Of a DNA stretch of 55,348 nucleotides, positions 12,646 through 24,457 are shown piece after piece (the stretch's first letter is position 1; each line of letters opens with the position of its first letter). Under the pieces are notes generated by a model. The model ran no database searches and was not told the DNA's origin. It worked only from the letters and a program-made list of their open reading frames with translations. This DNA comes from Nemertoderma westbladi (taxonomy: Eukaryota > Animalia > Xenacoelomorpha). Position numbers and translations under genes: made by a program. The stretch is taken from positions 1 to 55,348 of the forward strand of contig JAUCBJ010001251.1 of the NCBI GenBank assembly GCA_032718475.1, read 5' to 3'.

Positions 12646-12942
12646 GTGGGGCGAGCCGCGAAGTGAGCAAAGCCTTAGCATATGGGTGCCATTGGCGAGT
12701 TGTCTGTCGTCGTCGTCTTTGATCGTTAATAACTCGGTTATTCCTTGATGAAATTAAACGAAACTTGGTATGTATGTAGTCCGTCAAAAGAATCTGAAGT
12801 TTGGTCAAAAACGAACGAACGCAACGAGGCACAAGAGGAGGAAAAGGATTGCGTTGAAGACTTCTGATTAACGGCAGACAACTCGTTAATGGTGCCCATA
12901 TCCTTAAGGCTTTGCTCACTTCATGCTGCGCCAAGGCCCCAC
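12646..12942 (-). mobile_element. ~300-bp MITE, GTGGGGC...GCCCCAC family
   Basis: ~65-bp imperfect TIRs including GAAGTGAGCAAAGCCTTA / TAAGGCTTTGCTCACTTC. Confidence 0.75.
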
Positions 12943-14086
12943 GAACGGGTAACTATGAGTTTAAGAACTTTGGTTTGTATGTGAACAAAAGTACGCCAAT
13001 GTTTTTGAAAAGTTACGTAGGTAAATGTGAAAATTTAGACCAAATAGCAAAATTTAGAATTTTCCCAAGATGCTTTCTATGATATTAATCTATTATGGTA
13101 TAGGCCTAAATAGGTTTAATGGGCGCTTAATCAATTGGAAACATTTTGTAGTATATGCCATTTATGGCACGTTACAAATTAAGATCTGATAGATTCTGAT
13201 AGAAGAAACATGAAAATATCTATTTTGATGTTGTATGAATTTTTAATATTAGTTAATACGAGTTAACAATGAAAAAAACTTGGTTGCTCTTAAAACCCTA
13301 AGACTTTTACAGTTTTGAATTTATTCGCATGAAATTTTTTTATATGATAGATCAATGATGGGGCAACAAATGAAAATAAACCTGCTCTTCTAGGTGGCGC
13401 TGCAAATTTATGTCAATTTTTACGTTTGTTATAAATAGTATTACATTTTATTAACTAAATATTTCAAAACGTTGTCTGATACTTTTATGCAGGGTTGCTT
13501 TGTAAACACCCACATAAATTGCTCAAAAAATTAATTGCTAATTAAACACTAATTGCATAAAAATTGTAAAAGTAGTAGGGTTTTGAAGTTGAAAATTTCC
13601 TAAAAAAATATTTGGAGATAATAGACCTTTTAGTATACATAGTAATAGTAATTTCAATAGGAATCCCTAAATGGAAATTGTTAGAACTTGAAAACTAAAA
13701 GAGCTATTAAATATAGGTTTTCAGATTTGGAAACACCATTTTATCGTGCATTATAATTGATCATAAAAATAATTGCGAATTATTTTTGACCAAAATTGTG
13801 TACCCCCCTTAACTAATTTTAAATATTGGAATGTGCAGACAGAGTTACAAAACGACTCATATTTGAAATAATAGTAGTAGCTTTGATATAGTAGTACATA
13901 TAGCAGGTCTATAACGTACACACTACACGCACGCTCTTGTACATCTATCACTTACTCACATTGCACACCAACCGAAACACCAATGTCAACTACAGGCCTT
14001 CCAAAAAAGCAGCCATTATGAGTTCAGATTGCTGCTGTCTAAGCAGGTATTATAAGGACCATTTTAATTACTGGGAGGAAAACTTG

Positions 14087-14152
14087 GGATAGGAGTAGCG
14101 CCCACACCCCTTCGGGTAGAGGAGCCCTCGGGTCGCATCCAGCTTCGGCTGA
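14087..14152 (+). repeat. Single-copy relative of the SINE core that is amplified at 51258-53050
   Basis: GATAGGAGTAGCGCCCAC..CCTTCGGGTAG followed by GGGTCG..TCC.GCTTCGG, also seen at ~53070-53092. Confidence 0.65.
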
Positions 14153-17100
14153 GCTTGAAACGGGTTTGAACTTCTTGCATAGTAAACTGTAGTAAGTTTG
14201 TAGAGTGGCCCATTTACTACAGACATATGCCGTTATACAAGTGTAGGTAGTGTAAATCAAAACAAATTTGTATTGAAACCAGTAATAAATACCCTTGTGA
14301 AGATTACAAATTTCCAACACATATAAAGCCAACAGAACTAGTACCACAGTACAGGCTGTTTATAATGAAACGACAACAGATTCAAGATTAGCTACCCTAC
14401 CACAAATGAGTTAAAAAGCCTGACGATAACAAAGAAACTATGTGATAAGTACAATTTCAGCATTATGACCCGAGTCTATTTATACAGTACCGAGCGAGCA
14501 CAGAGAGGAAGAAGGTTTACAAAATACTGAATAGTGCCCTTTCCACAAAATGGTTTACGTAATTTTGTTACATTATTGCCAACTTCTCGGCGTTCTGTTC
14601 GCTTAATTATTAGATTTAATATTTACATTATAATATTTAGGAATATTAATGAAATTCATATCCTTTTTATGAAATTAATTAAAATTATTACAACAACAAC
14701 TACACTGTAAATAATCTTACACTTAGCATACAATGGCTATCTATCATTAATGGAGAATGCTCAAGACGTGTTCTAGATGTTTACTTAGATTACTTTGCTA
14801 CGTTAGGAGGATATCGCAGAACGATGATAAGTTGATAAAATGTAAAAAAAAAACATACCACATAATTAACGAACAATACCAACAAGTAGTAATCACAATA
14901 ATATAGCTCATAGGTAGGGACACAGTGAATCGATAATGAATTTGTTACACCCCATTTCGAAAAAAAAAACATTAACAATATTTCAAACATTAATTAAACC
15001 CATTGTCATTGATAAACTTTATAAACTGTTTGTGAATACTGCTTGTGTTTAGAATACCTTATAACTGCTGGATTTAGTTCTAATGTACTCTGTAACAACT
15101 CGAACAGTCGGACGTCTCGGTTTCCGTTCTTTAGGGAATCGCTACTGCTCAAAAGGCGTTTATCTGTTTTATAGAACATAGAAAGTAATCCAAATTGTCG
15201 ACATGCTGCAGCTAGGGGGTCTGCCATTTACGAAGATTTATAATATGTTAAGGATACGTTTTTTTTATTGCTGGGGAAGACCCTCTATCCTTAACATATT
15301 ATAGAACATAGAGGTATTCATCTTCAACCACCCACACCGCATTGGTCTCCGGGATGTCGAACTCGGTATGTCCACGCCTCTTATCTTTACAACGTGGGGG
15401 GTATTCCTCCTGTACGTACGCAGTTCAGCTCTTTATGATGCTCATCTCTTCCAAGTTCGTGAAACAGCGAGAGACCACATAGAGCAAATGCGTAAACTGT
15501 GTCAGATGGCTACCGGTACGCGCTACTGCAGGCAGCAGCACTCTTGAGCTAAATGTCTAATGTCTGTAGACTGTAGGTGAGCCAATAAATAAACATCCAA
15601 ATCAAGGTAGCATTAACTATTTTTAAATTTCCCGCCCTGTCAGACTATTTACCTTTATCAAATTATTGCTAGGCAACATTACGAAAGCACCTAAAAGAAC
15701 CACCCACGCAGTAAAGCACTGACGGGGCGGGGGTGGGATGGGGGGGGGGTATACAATAGTGTAAACTACATATATTATCGAAACAAATAAATTTGTTGCC
15801 AATTGTTAAGTAGTAATGGATTAATATAAATAAAACTAATTATAAGAAATGGCGTTCGGAGAAGTATATTATAATCATTATATTAATATTGATAAATAAA
15901 TAAAATAAAATGGGCCTAAAAGATAGAAAATCAATTCTATCTTTTATTTCTGAATATTAAATAAAGAATATACATTATTTTACGATGGACGAGGATTCTC
16001 ATAACAGAACACAGAAGGAAAAACGTTCAGGTAGGCTGACTTGTACAGATTTATACTAAAGTCGTACTGCCGACTTAACTAACTCGTTGGAACGACTCAC
16101 TAAGACATTCGAACCACTTAACAAACTATGCTTCGATTGGCCATTACTACTGTAGTAATAAAATATACAATAGCGGGTTTTTAAATTCAATATACAATAC
16201 TGCAGTTGAAACTCAATAATGGCTAACTCAAGACAATCTGCAGTTCTTTTGTCTGCCGCTAGAGTACGAAATGTCTGAAAGTGAATTTTTTGACCTATTC
16301 AGTCATTTATGATCCGTTCAAGCTGAAAATTGTCAGATAGGAACTAGAATGCACCCTGTGTCTTTATATGGTCGGAATCACTAGCGCGAAGGCCCCACTT
16401 CGTGAATTATACACAGTATGTATAATTTTTATTACTTTCCTTTTAGCCTTTGAAAGTACTCTATACAAAGTCCTAACCCGATAACTGTGTGATGTCATGG
16501 AAACGTAATGGTTTCTTACCTGGACATCCATACAATGTATTTCAATTTATTGCAACGGCGACATAATAATAATATGTAGTCTAGTATTCTATGTCTATTC
16601 TATGTATTCTAGCAGGTATATTGCATTATTAGGGCACTACTATAGCTAGTTACTATAGAACCTGTATCGATATGGTTGATATGGTTGATATCTACGTAAC
16701 GCAGTCACCAACTATGTAAAATGTATGACGTAGTGATATACAGAACTGAGAAAGAATGTCGCACTGCGATATAAAGCTGAAAAATATGTCGCCCTGAAGA
16801 TGTAGTAGTGCGAAATTAATTCCATACAAATAAATAAAGGAAATTTATGTAATTAATATTCTTCCTAAGCATTACTGTAGTTAAGCATTCAGATCATATA
16901 AGTTGATAACGTATAATGTACGACTGCAAATACCCTAAAACGCAATTAATTTGAGGTCAGAAACTTTAAACTCAATTTTCTCAAAATGGTGTTTGTGTGG
17001 GTTGACACATTTCTGCATAACACCGTCCAACATAGTAGTCCTAACTAGACTAAATGTAAATTATGCAAACTACAAATTATTCCCTGACTGTAACGAATAA

Positions 17101-17422
17101 GGAAGGTGAAATGGAAAACTGAAAACGGATTCGCAGACAATCGTTATTAGAATATTTCCTTACTTAGTTTATATTGTTGAGAGCTCACAAATTATAGTTT
17201 CGCATATTTAGATTGTAAATAATTGGTGAAATTAATAATAATTCGTGAAACACTAAATGCATTTGTGTACAAATAACGTTTAAATTTATAAAGTGTATAT
17301 TATTATTTAAATGTAAATTTATATATGCTCAAGGTATTTTAAACCCACAGTTTTAATTACTTTAAGTTAATTCTAATTCTAATTATTCTATATTAATTTT
17401 TCATTTGATGTACATTTCATTA

Positions 17423-17647
17423 ATGGCTTTAAATCGGGGGAAAAAACTTGTTGAAATGGCATTATCAAAAAAAGCGTTCTCACCATTCGTCCCTGGTCGA
17501 ATCCCGTATCCATTACGAAACAAAAGACAGAACAGAAGACTACTACTGCCCCTTCCTCATAACAGTAGTGAATATATTTCAGAAAACTTCCTTGGATTTG
17601 AAAGCGACAAACCAATGGATCCAATGGCCGAGGAGATGGGATTCGAG
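17423..17647 (+). CDS. Putative first exon of a transposon-related large protein gene
   Basis: ATG-initiated MALNRGKKLVEMAL..., 225 nt ending at GAG|GTAGGA (phase 0), compatible with the phase-0 acceptor at 20231. The linkage is inferred. Confidence 0.35.
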
Positions 17648-19259
17648 GTAGGATTGAGGGCCATAATGTATGGATGTATATGTATGGATAACATGTCCCT
17701 GACGAGCCTTCAATATTGCGTCATGTTCGAAACTGCTATAACATTAAATTACGCAATATTACATTAAAAACTACAATGGTATTCCAATATTAACTATATT
17801 TTCTACCCATTTGTTTTTGTTACCTCGAATTTCACCCTATAGAAAAAAAGATATATTTTGCATGTTATATTTTCAAAAGTATTTACAACATAATATAACC
17901 CAAGGGGAGCAGTGGCTTTTCTTGACCCCAAAAGATGTATATCCAATGTCCCTATAGAGCCAAAAATATATATCATTTTTTAAAAGACGAATCTTGAAAT
18001 TTCAGATATTGGAATCAAATATTAATAGATAGATTTTCACGTATACATAATTTCATTTTTTGCGCTTGAAACTGTTTCAATGTTTCTAATTTTAGCCATA
18101 CTTACTATATTGAACATTTAAAGTTGTTAATTTGTTGTTACAGCTATTCAAAAAATATAAATTTACTAAAATTTGTATTTTCGATTTTTCGAACAAAAAA
18201 GTGGCTTTTTAGGGACACGATTATATATATGACTTTTGAGTAGAAAAAGACAGTGTTTACTAAGTTTGATATTTTCGAATAGCACGATTTATAAACTTAT
18301 ATAATGTATGGCTGCGCATTGGGCACATCACATTGTATTGAACATTGCAGCAAAAATGGTGTAATTCGGGTTTCACTAAAATTCTGAATTTTGTGCTTGA
18401 AACTTCAATGCTTCTCTTTTTTCCCATACTTACTATCTGTGCTTAGAGTAGTTATATTGAACAATCAGTTGCCAAAAAAATATATTTTTCTAACCCTCTA
18501 AATCAGAATATGCATTAACCCTTTCGCACCTATGACGCAGGCGTATGCGTCACCACTATATGGGCTATGATGCAGGCGTATGCATCATGGGTCACAAACC
18601 GACAGACTAGATTTATGTCAACTTGAAAACTGACATCAGAAATGAAATCAGCACCCCTTAAACTTAGATAAACTTTAGACATACTCTATTAATATTTATG
18701 TTTCCTCGCATCAGATGACGAATGACGAATTGACGAATGGACATACAGATGTCCGCTTTTACAGTAAGTCTTTAATGAATACCTTTAATTAGTGATACAC
18801 AAAACTCACGGAAGGATGTCGTCAGTCGGACAGATGAAATAGAAGAAAAGTCGGGGCAGGTTATATAGGTCTATGTCACACAGATTATCTATGCTCTCTG
18901 AGATGTGTAATGCCTTCGGAGATGTGCACGTCAACTAAGATGAGTATCCTTTCAGGGATGAGTACTGTATGCTTGCAAGAAAAATATGCCTTTCCTTTCC
19001 GAGATGATTATACCTTTCCGAGGTGACGGAGAAAAACCTAAAACACTATCTCATTGGTTCTCGAATATTGGCTCTAGATGAACATACTTTGGCGAATAAA
19101 AAATTGTATGTACTCAACAATTGGTCTAATTGTCAGTGGCTCTTGAGGGACGTAGGTCCTACTAAAGCCATTTTCGTCACAGTAGCTATTCACTACTGTA
19201 GGCAACAAATTAATAATTATTATGTTAATAATTTACAGTAAATGGGTTATCACCACCAA

Positions 19260-19426
19260 AAATAAAACTGTAACTTGTTCTATTGTGTTTAGTTTATTGT
19301 TTTGGTTAAAATAACGTGACACTTTAACCTGCTCCTTTCCCTAAATTGAGAATTTAACATTGAGGCGGGATATTAATTCGCCAAGGCGGGTTTTGCGTCG
19401 AGTCCCCCCCCCCCCCCCCCCCCCCA
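19260..19426 (-). mobile_element. Relative of the 590-832 MITE
   Basis: Reverse-complement match to ~595-745; ends TTGCGTCGAGTCCCC. Confidence 0.65.
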
Positions 19427-19846
19427 AGGGTATGTTTCCTTGTCAGCGATTTCATTTTCGATGTCAGTTTTCATGTTTGATGGTATACAGTCGGTTTTTC
19501 AGTAGGCCTACATCGGTCTGTTTGTCTGTCAGAGAGACGTTAGTCAGCAATAACCTTGATGTAAAATGTATTTTATTCCTAAATTGTTACTTTTTCGCTC
19601 GAATATACCTCAAAATCGGGAGAAAAAGTATTACTTTTTTCACTAGGGAAAAAGACTAATCAATAGGATTGCATTGATTTAAATTCTTAAATTTTTTTAC
19701 CCTCTCGACCCTTTATTAACCTCGCTGACGCGACGCTCGGTAAATAGAAATGCCTCGAGAACAGTGAACAAAAAGTTGTAAAATTTTCTAAAAAGTTCAA
19801 GTCTCCTCGAATGGCGTACTTCCAATTTTACTATCAAAAAAAATTC

Positions 19847-19921
19847 ACCGGATTGTGAGGATTGAACACGGTACCTAGAGATCCCAAGTCCCACGCTCTC
19901 CCAAGTGATCCACTCCGCGCC
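19847..19921 (-). mobile_element. tRNA-derived SINE head (degenerate tRNA-like sequence)
   Basis: Minus strand GGCGCGGAGTGGATCACTTGGGAGAGCG...GTGTTCAATCC has A- and B-box-like motifs but no intact cloverleaf. Confidence 0.55.
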
Positions 19922-20231
19922 GTATGAAGCGTTAAAACCAAAACCAAAGTGGAAATTGTAATTGTGGACACAACCCTTGTAAGATCGAAAATCGTACTGC
20001 TTTTGTATATAAAGTCATGATCCAGTGCAGAATTTGGTCACTTTTGGGAAACCTTCAATGATGCCAGTTGGACATCAGTCGGATTTATTTATGACAACAA
20101 TATTACTTACCCGAATCAGTAAAAACATTTACCGGTACTATATACTTAACCATGAAAGGTGTAATGCAATATCTGCCGGACTATGGGTGTTATAATTCAA
20201 AATAATTAGCAGCATTTATTATTTGTTACAG

Positions 20232-22402
20232 TCTATGTCTCAGGATAATGATAAAGAACTGTCTCTGTCTCAGGATAATGATAAAGAACTCTCTCTTTCT
20301 CAGGATAATGATAAAGAACTGTCTCTGTCTCAGGGTAATTATAAAGAACTGTCTCTTTCTCAGGGTAATGATAAAGAACTATCGCTGTCTCAGGATAATG
20401 ATAAAGAACTGTCTCTGTCTCAGGATAATGATAAAGAACTCTCTCTTTCTCAGGATAATGTTAAAGAACTGTCTCTTTCTCAGGATAATGATAAAGAACT
20501 GTCTCTGTCTCAGGGTAATTATAAAGAACTGTCTCTTTCTCAGGGTAATGATAAAGAACTATCGCTGTCTCAGGATAATGATAAAGAACTGTCTCTGTCT
20601 CAGGATAATGATAAAGAACTGTCTCTGTCTCAGGGTAATTATAAAGAACTGTCTCTTTCTCAGGGTAATGATAAAGAACTATCGCTGTCTCAGGATAATG
20701 ATAAAGAACTGTCTCTTTCTCAGGATAATGTTAAAGAACTGTCTCTGTCTCAGGGTAATGATAAAGAACTGTCTCTTTCTCAGGATAATGATAAAGAACT
20801 GTCTCTTTCTCAGGATAATGATAAAGAACTGTCTCTTTCTCAGGATAATGATAAAGAACTGTCTCTTTCTCAGGATAATGATAAAGAACTGTCTCTGTCT
20901 CAGGGTAATGATAAAGAACTATCGCTGTCTCAGGATAATGATAAAGAACTGTCTCTGTCTCAGGATAATGATAAAGAACTGTCTCTGTCTCAGGATAATT
21001 ATAAAGAACTGTCTCTGTCTCAGGGTAATTATAAAGAACTGTCTCTGTCTCAGGATAATGATAAAGAACTGTCTCTGTCTCAGGATAATGATAAAGAACT
21101 CTCTCTTTCTCAGGATAATGATAAAGAACTGTCTCTGTCTCAGGATAATGATAAAGAACTCTCTCTTTCTCAGGATAATGATAAAGAACTGTCTCTGTCT
21201 CAGGATAATGATAAAGAACTCTCTCTTTCTCAGGATAATGTTAAAGAACTGTCTCTGTCTCAGGATAATGATAAAGAACTGTCTCTGTCTCAGGGTAATG
21301 ATAAAGAACTGTCTCTTTCTCAGGATAATGATAAAGAACTGTCTCTGTCTCAGGGTAATGATAAAGAACTATCGCTGTCTCAGGATAATGATAAAGAACT
21401 GTCTCTGTCTCAGGATAATGATAAAGAACTGTCTCTTTCTCAGGATAATGTTAAAGAACTGTCTCTGTCTCAGGGTAATGATAAAGAACTGTCTCTTTCT
21501 CAGGATAATGATAAAGAACTGTCTCTGTCTCAGGATAATGATAAAGAACTCTCTCTTTCTCAGGATAATGTTAAAGAACTGTCTCTGTCTCAGGGTAATG
21601 ATAAAGAACTGTCTCTTTCTCAGGATAATGATAAAGAACTGTCTCTGTCTCAGGGTAATGATAAAGAACTGTCTCTTTCTCAGGATAATGATAAAGAACT
21701 GTCTCTGTCTCAGGGTAATGATAAAGAACTGTCTCTTTCTCAGGATAATGATAAAGAACTGTCTCTTTCTCAGGGTATTGATAAAGAACTGTCTCTTTCT
21801 CAGGATAATTATAAAGAACTGTCTCTGTCTCAGGATAATGATAAAGAACTCTCTCTTTCTCAGGATAATGATAAAGAACTGTCTCTGTCTCAGGATAATG
21901 ATAAAGAACTCTCTCTTTCTCAGGATAATGTTAAAGAACTGTCTCTGTCTCAGGGTAATGATAAAGAACTGTCTCTTTCTCAGGATAATGATAAAGAACT
22001 GTCTCTGTCTCAGGGTAATGATAAAGAACTGTCTCTTTCTCAGGATAATGATAAAGAACTGTCTCTGTCTCAGGGTAATGATAAAGAACTGTCTCTTTCT
22101 CAGGATAATGATAAAGAACTGTCTCTGTCTCAGGGTAATGATAAAGAACTGTCTCTTTCTCAGGATAATGATAAAGAACTGTCTCTTTCTCAGGATAACG
22201 AACCAGAGATAAGCATTGAAGGCACAATCTGTATTGGTGATGCTTATTTATATCCTAGTTCAGCCCATTATCAAGGTGTCTCAATGGAACATTCAAATAT
22301 TCAAGTTGATGGCTGTCAGTATTCTGGTGTAAAGAGACAAACTTGTCTTTTTTGCATGGAGGGCCAAACAAACCCTGTACGCCATTTGAAGACTATGCAT
22401 TC
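20232..22402 (+). CDS. Exon encoding (SQDNDKELSL)n followed by a CxxC...RHL...H zinc-binding motif, interrupted by the BEL insertion
   Basis: TTACAG acceptor at 20231; the open frame runs into CLFC..RHLKTMHS and resumes in frame after the TSD at 33599. Confidence 0.55.
20238..22199 (+). repeat. 30-bp tandem repeat, ~65 units (TCTCAGGATAATGATAAAGAACTGTCTCTG)
   Basis: Directly visible 30-bp periodicity with no indels. Confidence 0.98.
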
Positions 22403-23194
22403 TGTGCCGGATGGCCGCTAACTAGAACGACCGCTGGCAATAAATAAATACAACAGTCCGATAGTCGGCTTGGTCCGACTATCCTGAGGCCCAATAACTG
22501 GGAACGATAGTCCAACATTCAGACGCGGGGTCTGCAGTCTAATAGTCAGACCCTGAGTCTGAATGTCCTATCGGCGGATCGGTAAAGGATGGCAATTGCT
22601 AGGGGTGAAGTATGGATAAAGACGCGCTAGCTACGGGGACTGTCAGGCTGAGGCTACTGACTCCATCTAATATGAAAAGACTCGTAAACTACTGCGGTCT
22701 CAGGTCGTATAATATAATGAATGACAGACAAGGCACGAATACAGAAATATAAATATACCATACGGTATATTCTACAAGCGAACTCACAGATAAAGTTCGT
22801 GTCTGACAAAATGTCAGACACACACAGCCTGACAGCACATCCAACCACTGCTGCACTATGCAAACAGAAGCCGGTCAGTCGGACTGTCGGACCTACGGGT
22901 AAATAGGCCCTTAGCTTAAGACTGTAAGCTAAGGCAAAGCCTAGCTATAAATGTCGCACAGTTGTCAGTGAGTCTACCGGTCGGTAGGCTCACCTACTGA
23001 CTGAACAGGAAATGTAGCAGAGCGGTAAAAAAGCAACGCCAATAGATAGCCTGTTCTACTATCCTCAGATAGCTGCTATCACAAAGCCTGAATCAGCCCG
23101 GGCATCGTGTCACTTCCGGTGGCACGACCTATACGAGCTAAAACATACTGTATAACCTATCTAATACATAGTATTGTGATCAGTATCCGGCACA
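22403..23194 (-). repeat. 3' LTR (792 bp)
   Basis: TGTGCCGGAT...ATCCGGCACA termini; no difference from 32802-33593 seen by eye. Confidence 0.95.
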
Positions 23195-24081
23195 GCCCCC
23201 TCTGGATTTGCAGGCGTAGAATGAAATCCAACCATGACAAAATATATAAAAACGAGGATACATATTGCTTTCTAAGTGTATGCTGTGTTGCCCAATCAGC
23301 AGTTAGTATTTAGAGATCCTTAAATGTAAGGGGCGGACATACAATGACATTGGGTTGTCAGGTATCGTTTAAGAATCCACAACCAGCCACAATGGGACCA
23401 AGATGTATAGGTAGATTAGAAACATATAATTAAAATCTGATAAGAATCAACACAGCAATACTCAGCTCCTTTAGTATCCCAAATAATATATAAAATATAT
23501 TTCACAAGAGATAAATCGCACACTACATCCAAAGGAGTATTGCGCAAGATAAATGATCACCATACTGTCTTTTATCTATTTAAAATATTTCAGGCTACAT
23601 ATGGCTCATGTGTGTAAAACACATGGTTGGCGTTTTAAATTACAAATATGTTTTCGATTAACTTTACAAAAAACTGTGAGCTGTGAGATCACTTGTAAAC
23701 AAAATATATCCCACCACCATGCACAAATTTGTAATAATAAAGGCAACTCTAAACTACAAGTAGTAGGACATGTAAAGATGATTTACTTGAAATTAAGTAA
23801 TGAACACAATAAAAAAAATGGACTTAGCAGTTAATCCTAATGCTAACGGTTCCAAAGGAATTTAGTATGGCCCGAAAGATCAAATTGTCTATATTTCATC
23901 ATTATAAACATTAATATAAATAACTTGCAAATTCAATCATCTGAGCAATATATATGTATATATGAGCTAGGCATCCTTCAACAATTAGTTGTATCCTTTA
24001 GCCCATATTGTATCATATCATTATCTCAATTATTTGATGGGTTTCTATTGTACTTTTAAGTGACCCATATGAAGTCCCTAT

Positions 24082-24274
24082 CATATCTTCGGGCTTGTAA
24101 ACGCCCCATTTCTCCATATACCCACATAACCTTTGGGCTTGTAAACGCCCCATTTCTCCATACCCACATATCTTCGGGCTTGTAAACGCCCCATTTCTCC
24201 ATACCCACATATCTTCGGGCTTGTAAACGCCCCTTTTCTCCATACCCACATTATCTTCGGGCTTGTAAGCGCCC
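24082..24274. repeat. ~41-bp tandem repeat (4-5 units) in the BEL 3' UTR
   Basis: CATATCTTCGGGCTTGTAAACGCCCCATTTCTCCATACCCA repeated. Confidence 0.9.
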
Positions 24275-24457
24275 TAGCAGTCCCTACTAGTAGCTCTACA
24301 TGGCCTATACTAATAAAGCTTAATTAAACTAACTTATTACTACCTTTTAATTTGTGCCAGCGATGCATACCACTGACAGTTGACAAATTTAAACGTACAT
24401 TTAAAAAACGAAATGTGTTGAAGTAAATACGTCTAACAGGACTTTGTAATAGCCTCA

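Noticed and set aside
16790-16820. CTGAAGA...GAAA hammerhead-like core
   Set aside because: No convincing stems; the inverted paralog at ~7380-7410 lacks the core.
17690-17745. CTGACGA...GAAAC hammerhead-like core
   Set aside because: Stems II and III pair poorly; at best a decayed relic.
19847-19921. Functional tRNA gene
   Set aside because: Degenerate boxes and stems; more consistent with a SINE head.
20248-22212. 654-aa MIKNCLCLRI-repeat ORF
   Set aside because: Alternative frame of the 30-bp array; variants are non-synonymous in this frame and it stops at the array end.
23195-24457. env-like gene in the BEL 3' region
   Set aside because: Only short ORFs, one of them derived from the 41-bp repeat.
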